Below, piece after piece: positions 32,378 to 42,429 of a stretch of 64,000 nucleotides of DNA. The first letter of the stretch is position 1. Every line of letters begins with the position of its first letter. This stretch comes from Candidatus Poribacteria bacterium (lineage in GTDB: Bacteria; Poribacteria; WGA-4E; PCPOR2b): positions 2,400,001 through 2,464,000 of the forward strand of contig OZ240245.1 in assembly GCA_965198175.1 (NCBI GenBank), read 5' to 3'. Under the pieces are notes generated by a model. It had not been told where the DNA came from, ran no database searches, and saw nothing but the letters and a program-made list of their open reading frames with translations. The position numbers were made by a program, and so were the translations under genes.

Positions 32378-33892
32378 CTAAGATTCTGATTTTAGCCGCA
32401 GCCCTTTTGATACAACGCCACGTTCTGCCAATTCGAACAGCCCTTGCACGAGAAGTGCTAGTACAGCCGCGGGCACAGCGCCTTGAAGTATGAGTCCGAT
32501 ATCATCTTTCCGGATGCCCGTCAGAATCGGCTGACCGTATCCGCCCGCACCGATCAGTGCGCCGAGGGTGGCAAAACCCACGTTAATGACAGCGGAAGTC
32601 TTGATGCCCGCGAGGATTGTCCGCGATGCTATGGGAAGTTCAACAAGCCAAAGTCGGCTAAGCGACGGTAGTCCGAGCGCCGATGCGGATTCGCGGATGG
32701 GGGAAGGTATGTCATGGAGCCCGGCATATGTGTTTCGAACGATAGGCAGCAGACTATACAAAAACAGCGCAGCAATCGCCGGAGGTGCTTTAATGCCTAA
32801 AAGTGGAATCATAAAGACCAGCAGTGCCAGCGCCGGAATGGTCTGAATGACTCCAACGATGCCCAAAATCACCTGCCCGACCTGTTCCTGACGTGCTGCC
32901 AAAATACCCAGAGGAATTGATATAAAAATTGCTGGCGCAAGAGAAACGCAGACAAGAAAGAGGTGGGCTAAGGTATTTTTCAGCAAGCGTTCAAACACGG
33001 TTTCGTGGTGTACCTGAGCCTTAAGTGAGAAAGAGGTCGCCAGAAAGTCTGCCGCAACGCGATTTTCAGGAATTCTGTCTAATTTGACACGAGCGTTCAT
33101 TTTGACCATCTCCGTTTCAGAGATACGGTCTTTCAGCTTGAGTAGAGCAGCGACTACCTTCGGCGCCCGCGCTTCCAAATCATCCCGATACAGCAACACC
33201 GCATAGTATTTGGGGAAAAGGCTTCGATCATCTTCTAAAACCCTCAAGTTGTAATACTGAATCTCTGCGTCCGTCGAATATAGGTCTGTCGCGTGGATTG
33301 AGCCGCTCTCCAGTCCTCGATATGCCAGATCGTGGTCGAGACCCCGCACATCTTGATGGGGCAGGTTATAGCGATCGCGCAGGGAAGGCCAACCGTCTGC
33401 TCGCTCCATGAATTCACTTGTAAAACCAAACTCTAGATCCGCGTGACGGCGCAAATCAGAGATTTTCGTAATGTTACGCTTAGAAGCCACCTCCTCTTTC
33501 ATACCGATCGCGTAGGTGTTGTTGAAACCGAGTGGAGGACTCATACGGACTTCTTGTGCATTGAGAGCGTCGCGAATCTCCGCTTCACTGCTTAGCCCCT
33601 TGCCCGAAAGAATTTCGTGACTAATTGTCCCGGTGTATTCAGGATAGACATCGATGTCGCCTCTTAGTAGCGCCTTCCAAAGCACTTGTGTTCCGCCCAG
33701 TTCCTTTTCATGAACGGCATGAGCCCCAGCACTCTCCGCCAATCGCGCGACAAGTTCACCCAGAATCACCGATTCTGTGAATTTCTTTGAACCAATCTTT
33801 ACGTCTGTCATCTGATTCGTATTCTCGCATGAAAGCAAAATCAGTATACTCCAAACAACCGCTAGGAATGAAATTATTTCACGCCATCTCAT
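32378..33892 (-). CDS. Betaine/osmoprotectant-type ABC transporter, substrate-binding domain fused to permease
   Basis: Lipoprotein-like LLSC, IGSKKFTES, DVYPEYTGT, GFNNTY; C-terminal OpuBB-like permease (QTIPALALL, IGAGGYG). Confidence 0.9.
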   Translation of the reverse strand: MRWREIISFLAVVWSILILLSCENTNQMTDVKIGSKKFTESVILGELVARLAESAGAHAVHEKELGGTQVLWKALLRGDIDVYPEYTGTISHEILSGKGLSSEAEIRDALNAQEVRMSPPLGFNNTYAIGMKEEVASKRNITKISDLRRHADLEFGFTSEFMERADGWPSLRDRYNLPHQDVRGLDHDLAYRGLESGSIHATDLYSTDAEIQYYNLRVLEDDRSLFPKYYAVLLYRDDLEARAPKVVAALLKLKDRISETEMVKMNARVKLDRIPENRVAADFLATSFSLKAQVHHETVFERLLKNTLAHLFLVCVSLAPAIFISIPLGILAARQEQVGQVILGIVGVIQTIPALALLVFMIPLLGIKAPPAIAALFLYSLLPIVRNTYAGLHDIPSPIRESASALGLPSLSRLWLVELPIASRTILAGIKTSAVINVGFATLGALIGAGGYGQPILTGIRKDDIGLILQGAVPAAVLALLVQGLFELAERGVVSKGLRLKSES

Positions 33893-34644
33893 CGAGCAAC
33901 TCCCTCCAATACCTCCAGCGGAAGGTGCTGGGCATTGATAAAACGTCCTACGAATTCATCTGCAGGTGAAGAATAAAGTTCCTCCAACGGTGCCTGTTGG
34001 ACGATATGTCCCTCACGCATGAGGATAATTACGCTACCGAAGAACCCGGCTTCACCAATATCGTGCGTTACCATCACTACCGTTTTGCTCAGGGTCTGGA
34101 AGATTTCCCGCAGATCGGTCTGGAGAGATGCACGAACCATTGGATCGAGAGCACCAAGCGGCTCATCCAGCAGCAGGACATCAGGGTCTAACATTAAAGC
34201 ACGCATGAGGCTCACACGCTGCTGCTGTCCACCGGAAAGCTCGACGGGGTAGCGGTTCAAACCGTCTTTCGGAAAGTGGGTCAGATCGCAAAGTTCTTCC
34301 AATCGTGCCTGTATTTCATGCGGCGGGAGTTTCAGATGCTTCGCCATGACGGTAACATTTTGGGCGGCGGTTAGATGTGGAAACAGACCACCATCCTGTA
34401 TGACATAGCCCATCCGGCGACGCAGTTCAAGAATGTTGGCGGGTGAAACACGTTCTTCCTTGAGCTTGACGTATCCCGTTGTGGGCTCCAGCAAGCCTAC
34501 AATCAATCTCAAAATCGTAGATTTCCCGCAGCCACTCGGACCAATCAGTATAGTTGTCTCCCCCTCTGCGATGCTCATATCGGTCGGGTAGAGCGCAACG
34601 ACATCGCCAAAATGCTTACTGACATTAGTCAATTGAATCATCAT
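33889..34644 (-). CDS. Betaine/osmoprotectant-type ABC transporter ATP-binding protein
   Basis: GPSGCGKST, GYVIQDGGLFPH, LSGGQ, LLLDEP; 4-nt overlaps with both neighbours. Confidence 0.92.
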   Translation of the reverse strand: MMIQLTNVSKHFGDVVALYPTDMSIAEGETTILIGPSGCGKSTILRLIVGLLEPTTGYVKLKEERVSPANILELRRRMGYVIQDGGLFPHLTAAQNVTVMAKHLKLPPHEIQARLEELCDLTHFPKDGLNRYPVELSGGQQQRVSLMRALMLDPDVLLLDEPLGALDPMVRASLQTDLREIFQTLSKTVVMVTHDIGEAGFFGSVIILMREGHIVQQAPLEELYSSPADEFVGRFINAQHLPLEVLEGVAR

Positions 34645-35645
34645 GTACCCTTACATAAACCTGTTTTGAGTAAAGTGACGGCGAACCATGCACGTTCATC
34701 CAGCCATTGCACTTGTATTTCGAGACCGGCGGCATGACAGATTCTCGCAAACCTTTCGATTGTATATTTGTGGCTGTTCTCGGTATGAATGTACTCGTGC
34801 GGCTCAAAATGGAACGCTCGTTCAGGCGTGGAGATGTAGGCAGTCTGACGGAACCGACTGACGAGGCGCATCTCAATTCGAGCGCGCTCCTCGACAAATG
34901 GCGCAGCATGTTCGAAGTCATCAAGAACAAAGGTTCCTCCCAACTCGCGGTTAATCCGCACCAGCAAGTTTATGTTGAAAGCTGCCGTCACACCAGCGGC
35001 ATCATTGTACGCAGCCTCGATGACGCTGAGATCTTTCAACAGGTCAAAGCCGATTAACAGCCGATCTTCTCGATTCATCTGATGACCGATTCGTCTCAAG
35101 AACGCAACCGCATCCTCCGAATCAAAATTGCCGATATTGCTGCCAAGAAACAGGACAAGTCGCGGTCCTTCGTGGCGAGGCAAAATCGAGATGGCGTCGT
35201 TATACTCTGCTGCGATGGCGGTAATCGATAAACGTTCGTACTCGTTCAGAAGGGAAAAGGAAGATGCTCGAAGGAAATCCGAGGAAATGTCAACAGAAGT
35301 ATAGTGAAGATGTCTTTGGCAATCAAGTGCAGCGTTGATTAGGAGGCGGGTTTTAAGGGAACTTCCACTACCAAATTCCACTAGCGCCACGTTATGCCCT
35401 ACTGCCTCTATCATCTCAGGGACATTGTCTTCCAGTATTTTCTGTTCCGTTCGCGTGAGGTAGTATTCCGGGAGCTTACATATCTGTTCGAAAAGTTGGG
35501 AACCGTCCGAGTCGTAAAAAAGACGACAAGGTAGGATTTTTTGAGGCTGGGAAAGGCCTTCAACGACCGCGCTGGAGAAATCCACTCCTCCCAGATCTCT
35601 GGGCAACTCGATAAAGTTGACGCCAGAGACCATCTGTTGTCTCAT
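34641..35645 (-). CDS. egtD: L-histidine N-alpha-methyltransferase (Methyltransf_33)
   Basis: FYD..GS.LFEQIC.LPEYYLTRTE, EFGSGSS, FLGSNIGN, AYNDAAGVTAAFN, TENSHKY. Confidence 0.88.
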   Translation of the reverse strand: MRQQMVSGVNFIELPRDLGGVDFSSAVVEGLSQPQKILPCRLFYDSDGSQLFEQICKLPEYYLTRTEQKILEDNVPEMIEAVGHNVALVEFGSGSSLKTRLLINAALDCQRHLHYTSVDISSDFLRASSFSLLNEYERLSITAIAAEYNDAISILPRHEGPRLVLFLGSNIGNFDSEDAVAFLRRIGHQMNREDRLLIGFDLLKDLSVIEAAYNDAAGVTAAFNINLLVRINRELGGTFVLDDFEHAAPFVEERARIEMRLVSRFRQTAYISTPERAFHFEPHEYIHTENSHKYTIERFARICHAAGLEIQVQWLDERAWFAVTLLKTGLCKGT

Positions 35646-35824
35646 GATTGTTCTCCGAAATCAGCGATACCCTGACTCAACACAACGCTCCCAGCGTGCA
35701 TTAGCTTCCCGAAAATAGGAATTTTCCCTGTGGGGTATGCCTAAAATTATACAACTGATGAGTTTTCAAGTCAAGGTCGGAACGGTTATCACGAAATGCA
35801 ATCGTAGACACATAATCCGCTCTG

Positions 35825-36316
35825 TTACAAATCAAATATTACCTGCGCAACCCAACTGCCATCCAGCCTTTGCTCAACAAGCAACTGATGATATGTTACG
35901 CTCTTAATCTCTGTATAGACGACATGTTTTGTAAAATCCACAGGCTCGCCGCAGGCGACCGCAGACAGCGATGGCGGTTGTTTGGAAAGTCGCCGAATTT
36001 CGACTCGCCTGAAAATCAATTCCTCAACTTCATGCCGAAAATTCAACTCATTCAACCAAGCGACCATCAAATCTTCGAGCGACCCCGCCGACACCTCAAT
36101 CTCAATTTGCGTTACCCCATCAATCGTACTCGGGTCTGCAATACTTTCAAGAAGGCCTTGTGCCGCATGGGTGAAAAGTTGCTGCAGCGTCTTGCTGTAC
36201 GCACGAATACCGAGATCGCCGGTATGATCTAAATAGGTATACCCTTCGATCAAATCTTCCTCTGTCGTCACGTATTCTTGTTCTTTCAGTTTACCAGAAT
36301 TTCTCCTAGATATCAA
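35825..36316 (-). CDS. Archease
   Basis: DHTGDLGI, WLNEL, EIKSVTYHQL, C-terminal VIFDL; start uncertain. Confidence 0.9.
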   Translation of the reverse strand: MISRRNSGKLKEQEYVTTEEDLIEGYTYLDHTGDLGIRAYSKTLQQLFTHAAQGLLESIADPSTIDGVTQIEIEVSAGSLEDLMVAWLNELNFRHEVEELIFRRVEIRRLSKQPPSLSAVACGEPVDFTKHVVYTEIKSVTYHQLLVEQRLDGSWVAQVIFDL

Positions 36317-36583
36317 TATGATAATTCAGAGCCTTTGGAGTCGTGTACGCCCCCAAAGAACCGCAATTTGAGACTTTTAATTCATACGTCGATGTGCTAA
36401 AATAGTAACGTCTGGCTGTATGCGCGAGCGGTCAGTCTGAAACGGGAGTGCGGCAACACAACGGATTCGGTTTCGATCGTAAGAAAAGCTTGGACTCTCA
36501 GTCCTAATCTTCGACTACGCGTGTTGCTTAATTCAAGACGTAGACTAATGTTCTGTCGTGAATTCCTACAAGGAAGGGGAAAG

Positions 36584-37453
36584 ATGAAGAGATTAAACCG
36601 AGCAATTGAACTGCTTGAACAGGGACAACCCATCTATTATACCGGCGCTGGCGAACCGTCTTATGAGGGTGGTATCAAAGCGGCTCAAACGTGGGCGGAC
36701 TATATCATATTTGAAATGGAACACGAGATTTACAATATCTCTGCGTTGGATGAATTTATGCGTGGTCTTGTGGCAGGGGGACCGACGCGGAGTGGACACC
36801 GTACACCGGCGGTGCTTGTTACGCTCCCGATGGACGGTACGGATGAAAGCGTCATTCGCGCGAATGCCTGGATGATTAAGCAGGTCCTCGCAAGAGGCGT
36901 TCATGGAATTTTGCTTTGCCATGCGGAAACATCAGGCGCGGTGAAGGCATTCGTTGAATCAGTGCGCTACCCTTTCCATACGATTGGTGTTGGCGATGGA
37001 CTGAATTCGGGACGCCGAGGAAATGGCGGGCAAGGAAATGCAGCATCAATTTGGGGGCTATCGGTCGAGGAATATTTCAACAGGGCGGATGTCTGGCCCC
37101 TAAACCCGAAAGGCGAAATTATGCTCGGCTTGAAAATTGAGAATCGTCGAGCGCTCACCAACGCTAAAACCAGTGCGTGTGTGCCTGGCATCGCCTTTGC
37201 CGAGTGGGGCCCCGGGGATATGGCGTTCTCGTTTGGTTATAAAAATGTCCCTGACACGCCTTACCCAGAGGAAATTCGGGGTGCACGCACGCAGGTCATG
37301 AACGCCTGCAAGACTATGACTATCGCTTTCCTTGATGGGGTAGCCCCAGAGAATGTGATTGATAAAATCGAAGAAGGTGTTAAGATTTGCTCGGGGAGTC
37401 TGGAAGCAGCGGAAATTGGTCGAAAACATACCAACCGCACAATGCCGTGGTAG
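36584..37453 (+). CDS. HpcH/HpaI aldolase family protein
   Basis: EMEH, GVHGILLCHA, LKIE, EWGPGDM. Confidence 0.8.
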   Translation: MKRLNRAIELLEQGQPIYYTGAGEPSYEGGIKAAQTWADYIIFEMEHEIYNISALDEFMRGLVAGGPTRSGHRTPAVLVTLPMDGTDESVIRANAWMIKQVLARGVHGILLCHAETSGAVKAFVESVRYPFHTIGVGDGLNSGRRGNGGQGNAASIWGLSVEEYFNRADVWPLNPKGEIMLGLKIENRRALTNAKTSACVPGIAFAEWGPGDMAFSFGYKNVPDTPYPEEIRGARTQVMNACKTMTIAFLDGVAPENVIDKIEEGVKICSGSLEAAEIGRKHTNRTMPW

Positions 37454-37610
37454 AAATGAAATGTACGTCGATGGGCGAGCGAGCCGCACTGACGTTTTCG
37501 TTCGGGACGAATACTCGACTCCTGATATACGTGATAGTATATTTGAACTTACACCGTGAGATTGTCTTCTATCGGACAGCCTCTCACAATCTTCCGATTG
37601 ACCATGGATA

Positions 37611-40600
37611 ATGCGTACAGTAGTTAAATTATTTTTCAGCGTTTATATTTGTCTCTCTTACAGCATCGCCTATCATTCCTCCATCCATGCCCAGACAGAA
37701 GGAGAGGCTGCGAATTCCATCAACGAACGAAGCGAGGTATCTACCTCACAATTTCCCGTTGATACACATACGACCTCCGAGCACATTATCGGTTATGATG
37801 ATGTTTACGGTATTGAGCTAACACTGCCTCTTGCTGGTAATGTTGAAATCAGCGCATCAGAGGACGATCGAATTGTGATTAAACTCGAAAAGCGGGGGAT
37901 GGGTATCAATGAAGAGGCCGCCCAAAAGTATCTTGATGCCGTCAAATTGGACATTTCTAGGGTAGAAGACATCGTGCAACTGACGCCGCAACTCCCAGAA
38001 AACCTCGAATCCGAGGCGTCGTTGACGCGTATAGACTGTCTTATTGAGACACCGCCCGACATATCTGTCACGATAAAGACCGTGAATGGAAATATCCGCG
38101 TAGGTGGACTCCGGGGCGCTATGAATATCACGACGAATATCGGACATGTTCAATTTAGCGAGACGATGGGACAATATCAGGTGGCTGTTACCGAAGGACG
38201 CATATACGGCCGCATATTCTTGACGAGCGGGAACAACTCCTTTGAAACGCGAAATGGATCTATAGACCTTGTGGTCTTAGATTCAGTCTCAGCGCCAGCG
38301 GATTTCACGGCGATTGATGGCGGGATTCGGTTGCACTTGCCGGAAGATTTCCCAGCAGAAATCGAAATAAAGAATGAAAAACGCGATCAAGGTACAATTT
38401 TCATTGAGTTGCCCGCAGAAATTGACCATTCCCTTACTGGAGATGTCATGAGCGGATCGATTAACGGCGGCGGTCCCTTAATCCGGCTTCAAGCAAGCGA
38501 ACAAGTTGCCATTTTAGCGGCTGACGCTCCGGCTTCTGAATCGACCGAGGCAGATGCCAACAACCTATCTAGCGATGAACTTCCCACTGAAGAAAACGAT
38601 ACGATTATGCTTCCAACTGTTGCGGTGTCCAGAACTGCGGTTTCCCCGATAATCGACGGCAATCTGTTTGAGAGAGCTTGGTCAAACGCTGTACCACTGC
38701 ACTATTTTTATCAATCAGACGGAATTCGCCCATCGACTGAACCAACTCAGGTGTTCCTGATGTGGGACGAAAAGTATCTTTACATCGGTGCGAGAGCTTA
38801 CGATTCACGGATGGAGCACGTCCGTGTTTCTCAGACGAGAAAGGATGCTGCGGTTTGGGAGGATGACACCATCGAAGTTCTGGTAGATCCAAATCCACAG
38901 ACATTCCGTTACTATCACCTTATTGTTAATCCGATCGGAACCGTCTTTGATCAGATTGTGCAGAACGACTATCCGCCTGACGCTCGATTTGCACCGACTG
39001 TTGCGGGTGTGAAACGTTCCGAATTAACTTCGCCGAATCGGATTGTGGATCAGCATTGGGATGCGAACGCTAAAATCGAGACCCAAATCACGTCGACCTT
39101 CTGGAGTGTAGAGATTGCGCTACCCCTCACCTCACTTGAATCCGCTTCGTCGGAACACTGGCGATTAAACGTGCTCCGAAAAGTACATCGCCGCGATGAG
39201 TATAGCTACTGGTCGCCGACCTACGATGTAGATACCCCTTGGTGGCCACATTGGCGCGAGCAGATGGGAATATTGCAGATGGTGGCATCCGAATCGTCCC
39301 AATACACACAGGCACACGAACTTGAAGAAAAATTAGAGATAGCTGCTATCGAGGTTGGTGGAAATGCCGAGATTGCAACACCGGAAATCCTTCAACTCAT
39401 CCCGTTTAAACGGGGCGATGTTCTCACCGTCAGCGAACTATCGTGGCTCAAGGACGAACTCGAAATCCACGACTGGTTTCGTGAAGTGCATCTGGAAACG
39501 GCAGAAGGAATTCCGAAAGACGATGATATCCCTGTTGATGCGTCTTTCCATCCAGAACCGCCCGTTTTCAAAGTGGTAATTTCTCTTCGCGTGACGGAGA
39601 TGCCGACGCGATATGCAAAAACGGTCAGTCTACACAACAATAAGTATCTTCTCGCGGATACGCTGCGTACACTGTTCGGATTGCAAGCGGGACGTACCTC
39701 TATTGAAGAATTAGGGACGAAATGCCAATTAATCACAACACTCTATCGAAATCGCGGCTACCAGCTCGCGTCGACCCACCACCAATTTGTCGGGGACAAT
39801 CTGCAAATTGACATCAATGAGGGACATCTGGACGAGATCCGCTTCGTAGGGAATCGACGTATCCGAACTGCTGAACTAATTGATGCACTTGATTTCAAAC
39901 AGGGCGATATTTATAATCAGATACGATGCCAATCGCTCATTGATAATCTGGATGCAAAACTTAAGACAAACAATTCCTATTTGATAGCGGTGAAACAATG
40001 GCAGTTGAAGCCCGACGGCGCAAAAAATGTGCTAGAGATAGAAGTTGAAGAGCGGTCATTCGTCAATTGGGACCTGCTTCCGATTGTCGATTTTAACCGG
40101 GTGCATGGCGTGGTGCTGGGCGGAAGCGGTGAGGTACTGACGAAGGACTACGGAGGTGGACTTCTCTTCGGAGGGCTTAGCTACGGACTGTCGAGCACCA
40201 TCTGGCATTATCAGTTGGGCGCAGAAAAACGCTGGTTTGACCGGCACACCGTGAGTGTCGGCGGAGCGATTCACAATCTGACGGACACAAACGATGATTC
40301 ATCGTTGTCTCCAAATGAAGAGCTCCTCGCTGCAGTGGTGCTTGGCGATGACTTCATTGATTATTACCTGCGCCAGGGTTATCAGGCTTGGGCAAAGGGG
40401 CGTTTGACGCCATCCACAAGCATAACGCTCAGGTTCACCGACGAAAAGCATGAACTCCTTTTCAAGTCAACGGATTGGAGCGTGTTCAATAGGGATACCC
40501 CTAAAAAGAGGAACCTGCGGATTAACGAAGGGCATCTGCGAAGTTTCTCGGTCTCTTACGATTTCGATAGCCGAAATCATAAGTCGCATCTCAGGCGGCA

Positions 40601-41153
40601 TTTCCAAGTTTACCCGGCGCCAGACACCCGAACGACACGCGGATGGCAGGGTAATTTTGCTGTAGAATACGCGGGCAAACGCCTTCAAACTGACTTCGAT
40701 TTCACCCTTTACCGCTTCAAACTGGCGCGTTACAACCGACTGTCAAATAACCACTTCCTTGACTTCCGACTCGCGGGCGGCTTCTCAGATGCACCGTTGC
40801 CGCGGCAGCGGTTATTCTATCTGGGCGGCATCGGCACCTTGCGTGGATACGGCTTCAAGGAATTTGTCGGCGATAATATGCTGCTCTTCAATATGGAATA
40901 CCGTCTCCGTCTGGCACAGGGAAATTCGCTCGCGGCTGCGGCGATTGTGTTCCTCGACACCGGCTACACTTGGTATAACGGTGAACGCCCAACACTGGCT
41001 CGTTTCTACACATCGATCGGTGTCGGGCTGTCCCTTGACTGGTTGATGTTCTCCGACGCTGTTCAGACGGATACTGTTCGAGTTGAGATTGCACGTGCTC
41101 TGCGCAATGGGCGAAACGTCAACTTCATCTTGCGTCTTGCGCGTATGTTCTGA
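37611..41153 (+). CDS. Omp85 (BamA/TamA) family outer-membrane protein with N-terminal DUF4097-like and CBM9-like domains and POTRA repeats
   Basis: Signal peptide; beta-strand repeats (TVNGNI, TRNGSI, GSINGGGP); CBM9-like PIIDGNL..W..LMWDEKYLYIG..WEDDTIEV; POTRA-like IEVGGN and IRFVGNRR; barrel with YLGG..TLRGY and a terminal Phe. Confidence 0.8.
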   Translation: MRTVVKLFFSVYICLSYSIAYHSSIHAQTEGEAANSINERSEVSTSQFPVDTHTTSEHIIGYDDVYGIELTLPLAGNVEISASEDDRIVIKLEKRGMGINEEAAQKYLDAVKLDISRVEDIVQLTPQLPENLESEASLTRIDCLIETPPDISVTIKTVNGNIRVGGLRGAMNITTNIGHVQFSETMGQYQVAVTEGRIYGRIFLTSGNNSFETRNGSIDLVVLDSVSAPADFTAIDGGIRLHLPEDFPAEIEIKNEKRDQGTIFIELPAEIDHSLTGDVMSGSINGGGPLIRLQASEQVAILAADAPASESTEADANNLSSDELPTEENDTIMLPTVAVSRTAVSPIIDGNLFERAWSNAVPLHYFYQSDGIRPSTEPTQVFLMWDEKYLYIGARAYDSRMEHVRVSQTRKDAAVWEDDTIEVLVDPNPQTFRYYHLIVNPIGTVFDQIVQNDYPPDARFAPTVAGVKRSELTSPNRIVDQHWDANAKIETQITSTFWSVEIALPLTSLESASSEHWRLNVLRKVHRRDEYSYWSPTYDVDTPWWPHWREQMGILQMVASESSQYTQAHELEEKLEIAAIEVGGNAEIATPEILQLIPFKRGDVLTVSELSWLKDELEIHDWFREVHLETAEGIPKDDDIPVDASFHPEPPVFKVVISLRVTEMPTRYAKTVSLHNNKYLLADTLRTLFGLQAGRTSIEELGTKCQLITTLYRNRGYQLASTHHQFVGDNLQIDINEGHLDEIRFVGNRRIRTAELIDALDFKQGDIYNQIRCQSLIDNLDAKLKTNNSYLIAVKQWQLKPDGAKNVLEIEVEERSFVNWDLLPIVDFNRVHGVVLGGSGEVLTKDYGGGLLFGGLSYGLSSTIWHYQLGAEKRWFDRHTVSVGGAIHNLTDTNDDSSLSPNEELLAAVVLGDDFIDYYLRQGYQAWAKGRLTPSTSITLRFTDEKHELLFKSTDWSVFNRDTPKKRNLRINEGHLRSFSVSYDFDSRNHKSHLRRHFQVYPAPDTRTTRGWQGNFAVEYAGKRLQTDFDFTLYRFKLARYNRLSNNHFLDFRLAGGFSDAPLPRQRLFYLGGIGTLRGYGFKEFVGDNMLLFNMEYRLRLAQGNSLAAAAIVFLDTGYTWYNGERPTLARFYTSIGVGLSLDWLMFSDAVQTDTVRVEIARALRNGRNVNFILRLARMF

Positions 41154-41190
41154 AGATGAGTCGGAGCGATAGCTGCACCGTATAGCTTTT

Positions 41191-41223
41191 GTAGGTTGGG
41201 TTGATTCAACGGCGAAACCCAAC
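41191..41223 (+). repeat. GTAG-type REP-like element
   Basis: GTAGGTTGGGTTGA...AACCCAAC; related copies at 44726, 47501 (reverse) and 59199 (reverse). Confidence 0.6.
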
Positions 41224-41439
41224 GTTCCTAAAGCGAGTCCAACAATTCGCAATTTCCAATCCCCATACGTTCAACGCTCCCCACTTTCTCATCACCAACG
41301 GACGTTCTGATTACTATCGGTTTGATCGCTTTACCCCACCCTGCGTTTCATTCAAAAACCCGTAACTTCCTAGTCTGAAATTTTTTGGGCGACCCCCGGT
41401 TCGATTTCTCCTGCCCGAAACTCCTCTCTCCAAAGGGGT

Positions 41440-41694
41440 GACACATTTGTGTCTTTTGTACACATTTGTTTACATCGCCTGAAACCCTTGTTGTGGTAGG
41501 GGTTCCCGCCATTTTCAATCGTAATGTCCCGAATTTATGTAAACAAATGTGTCTTTGCCTTTCATACCATTCGGTCGCTATTTCCCTGTGCTGAAAAATA
41601 AATCAAACTGCCCGTATCCCTTGACACATCAGGGTTCTCGAGTCCAAACAGAGTCCAAATTGAAGAGATTATTCGTCTTGGCGCATAACTTGCT
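41440..41694 (+). promoter_or_regulatory. sigma54 enhancer-promoter module, copy 1
   Basis: GACACATTTGTGTC at 41440, related sites at 41459 and 41540; -24/-12 TGGCGCATAACTTGCT at 41679-41694. Confidence 0.8.
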
Positions 41695-41824
41695 CATACC
41701 TGTAGACAATACCTCAAGCTGCAGAACGGTCTGCAGTGGTCACACAAATATCCTACAAGCAAGGATTGTCGCAGGACATAATCCCGCGGCTATTCTTTGA
41801 CCACTATTAAAAAAGGAGAATATC

Positions 41825-42178
41825 ATGAAATTGAAAGCGTTGGTTATGTTGGGTAGTTTCTTAGTGTTGACAACTCTTATTGTTTGTGTTAGCGTGTATT
41901 CGTATAACGCTTACTGCAGTGCGAGTCTACTAGGGTGTAGCACATCAGCATCAGGGAATGGTTGGGGTCTTTTTAATGGCTATTACACGTTGAGCGCTAG
42001 AGTTGGTAATAACAGCAAGACTAAGACCGGCGGATTCGCCAACGGGCAGAACTTCTCTGATACAGCTTCTGCGAGCGCACCAGATTGCCAGGAAGGTGAC
42101 GGTTCTGCATCAGCTTCTGTCACTGGAACGGATGCCCAGGGTAACATCCATCATAAGAATGATGCCGCAGGTTTTTAG
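41825..42178 (+). CDS. Small secreted Ser/Ala/Gly/Cys-rich protein of unknown function
   Basis: AAGGAG RBS, signal-peptide-like N-terminus, paralogue at 45403. Confidence 0.85.
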   Translation: MKLKALVMLGSFLVLTTLIVCVSVYSYNAYCSASLLGCSTSASGNGWGLFNGYYTLSARVGNNSKTKTGGFANGQNFSDTASASAPDCQEGDGSASASVTGTDAQGNIHHKNDAAGF

Positions 42179-42429
42179 CCATAGAATTAATCTAGGCAAT
42201 AATTAGCGTTGATGACGTAACGTTTCTTCCATTTCCATCAGCTCGTCCGGCGATTGATTGCCGCGTTGCTGCCGTTGATTGCTTTCGGCTTGAGGCACTT
42301 CGGGAGTGTCATCTGGCGCTCACACGAAGGGTAAACCTTCATCTCGGGTTGGGTGTGCAAATTTGCACCCAACCCCATTTTTATTCAAAGGAGCTATACC
42401 CCATAACTCAAATATGGAGGGTTATTACA

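Noticed and set aside
41400..41700. Leader-like palindromes suggesting a CRISPR leader or IS/MITE ends
   Set aside because: No repeat-spacer array, transposase or target-site duplication is present; the fixed spacing to GG-N10-GC fits a sigma54 enhancer better.
41549..41800. 83-aa ORF repeated at 45129-45386
   Set aside because: It has no RBS and overlaps the enhancer and -24/-12 elements; its conservation is explained by the duplicated promoter block, and it is not preserved in copy 3.
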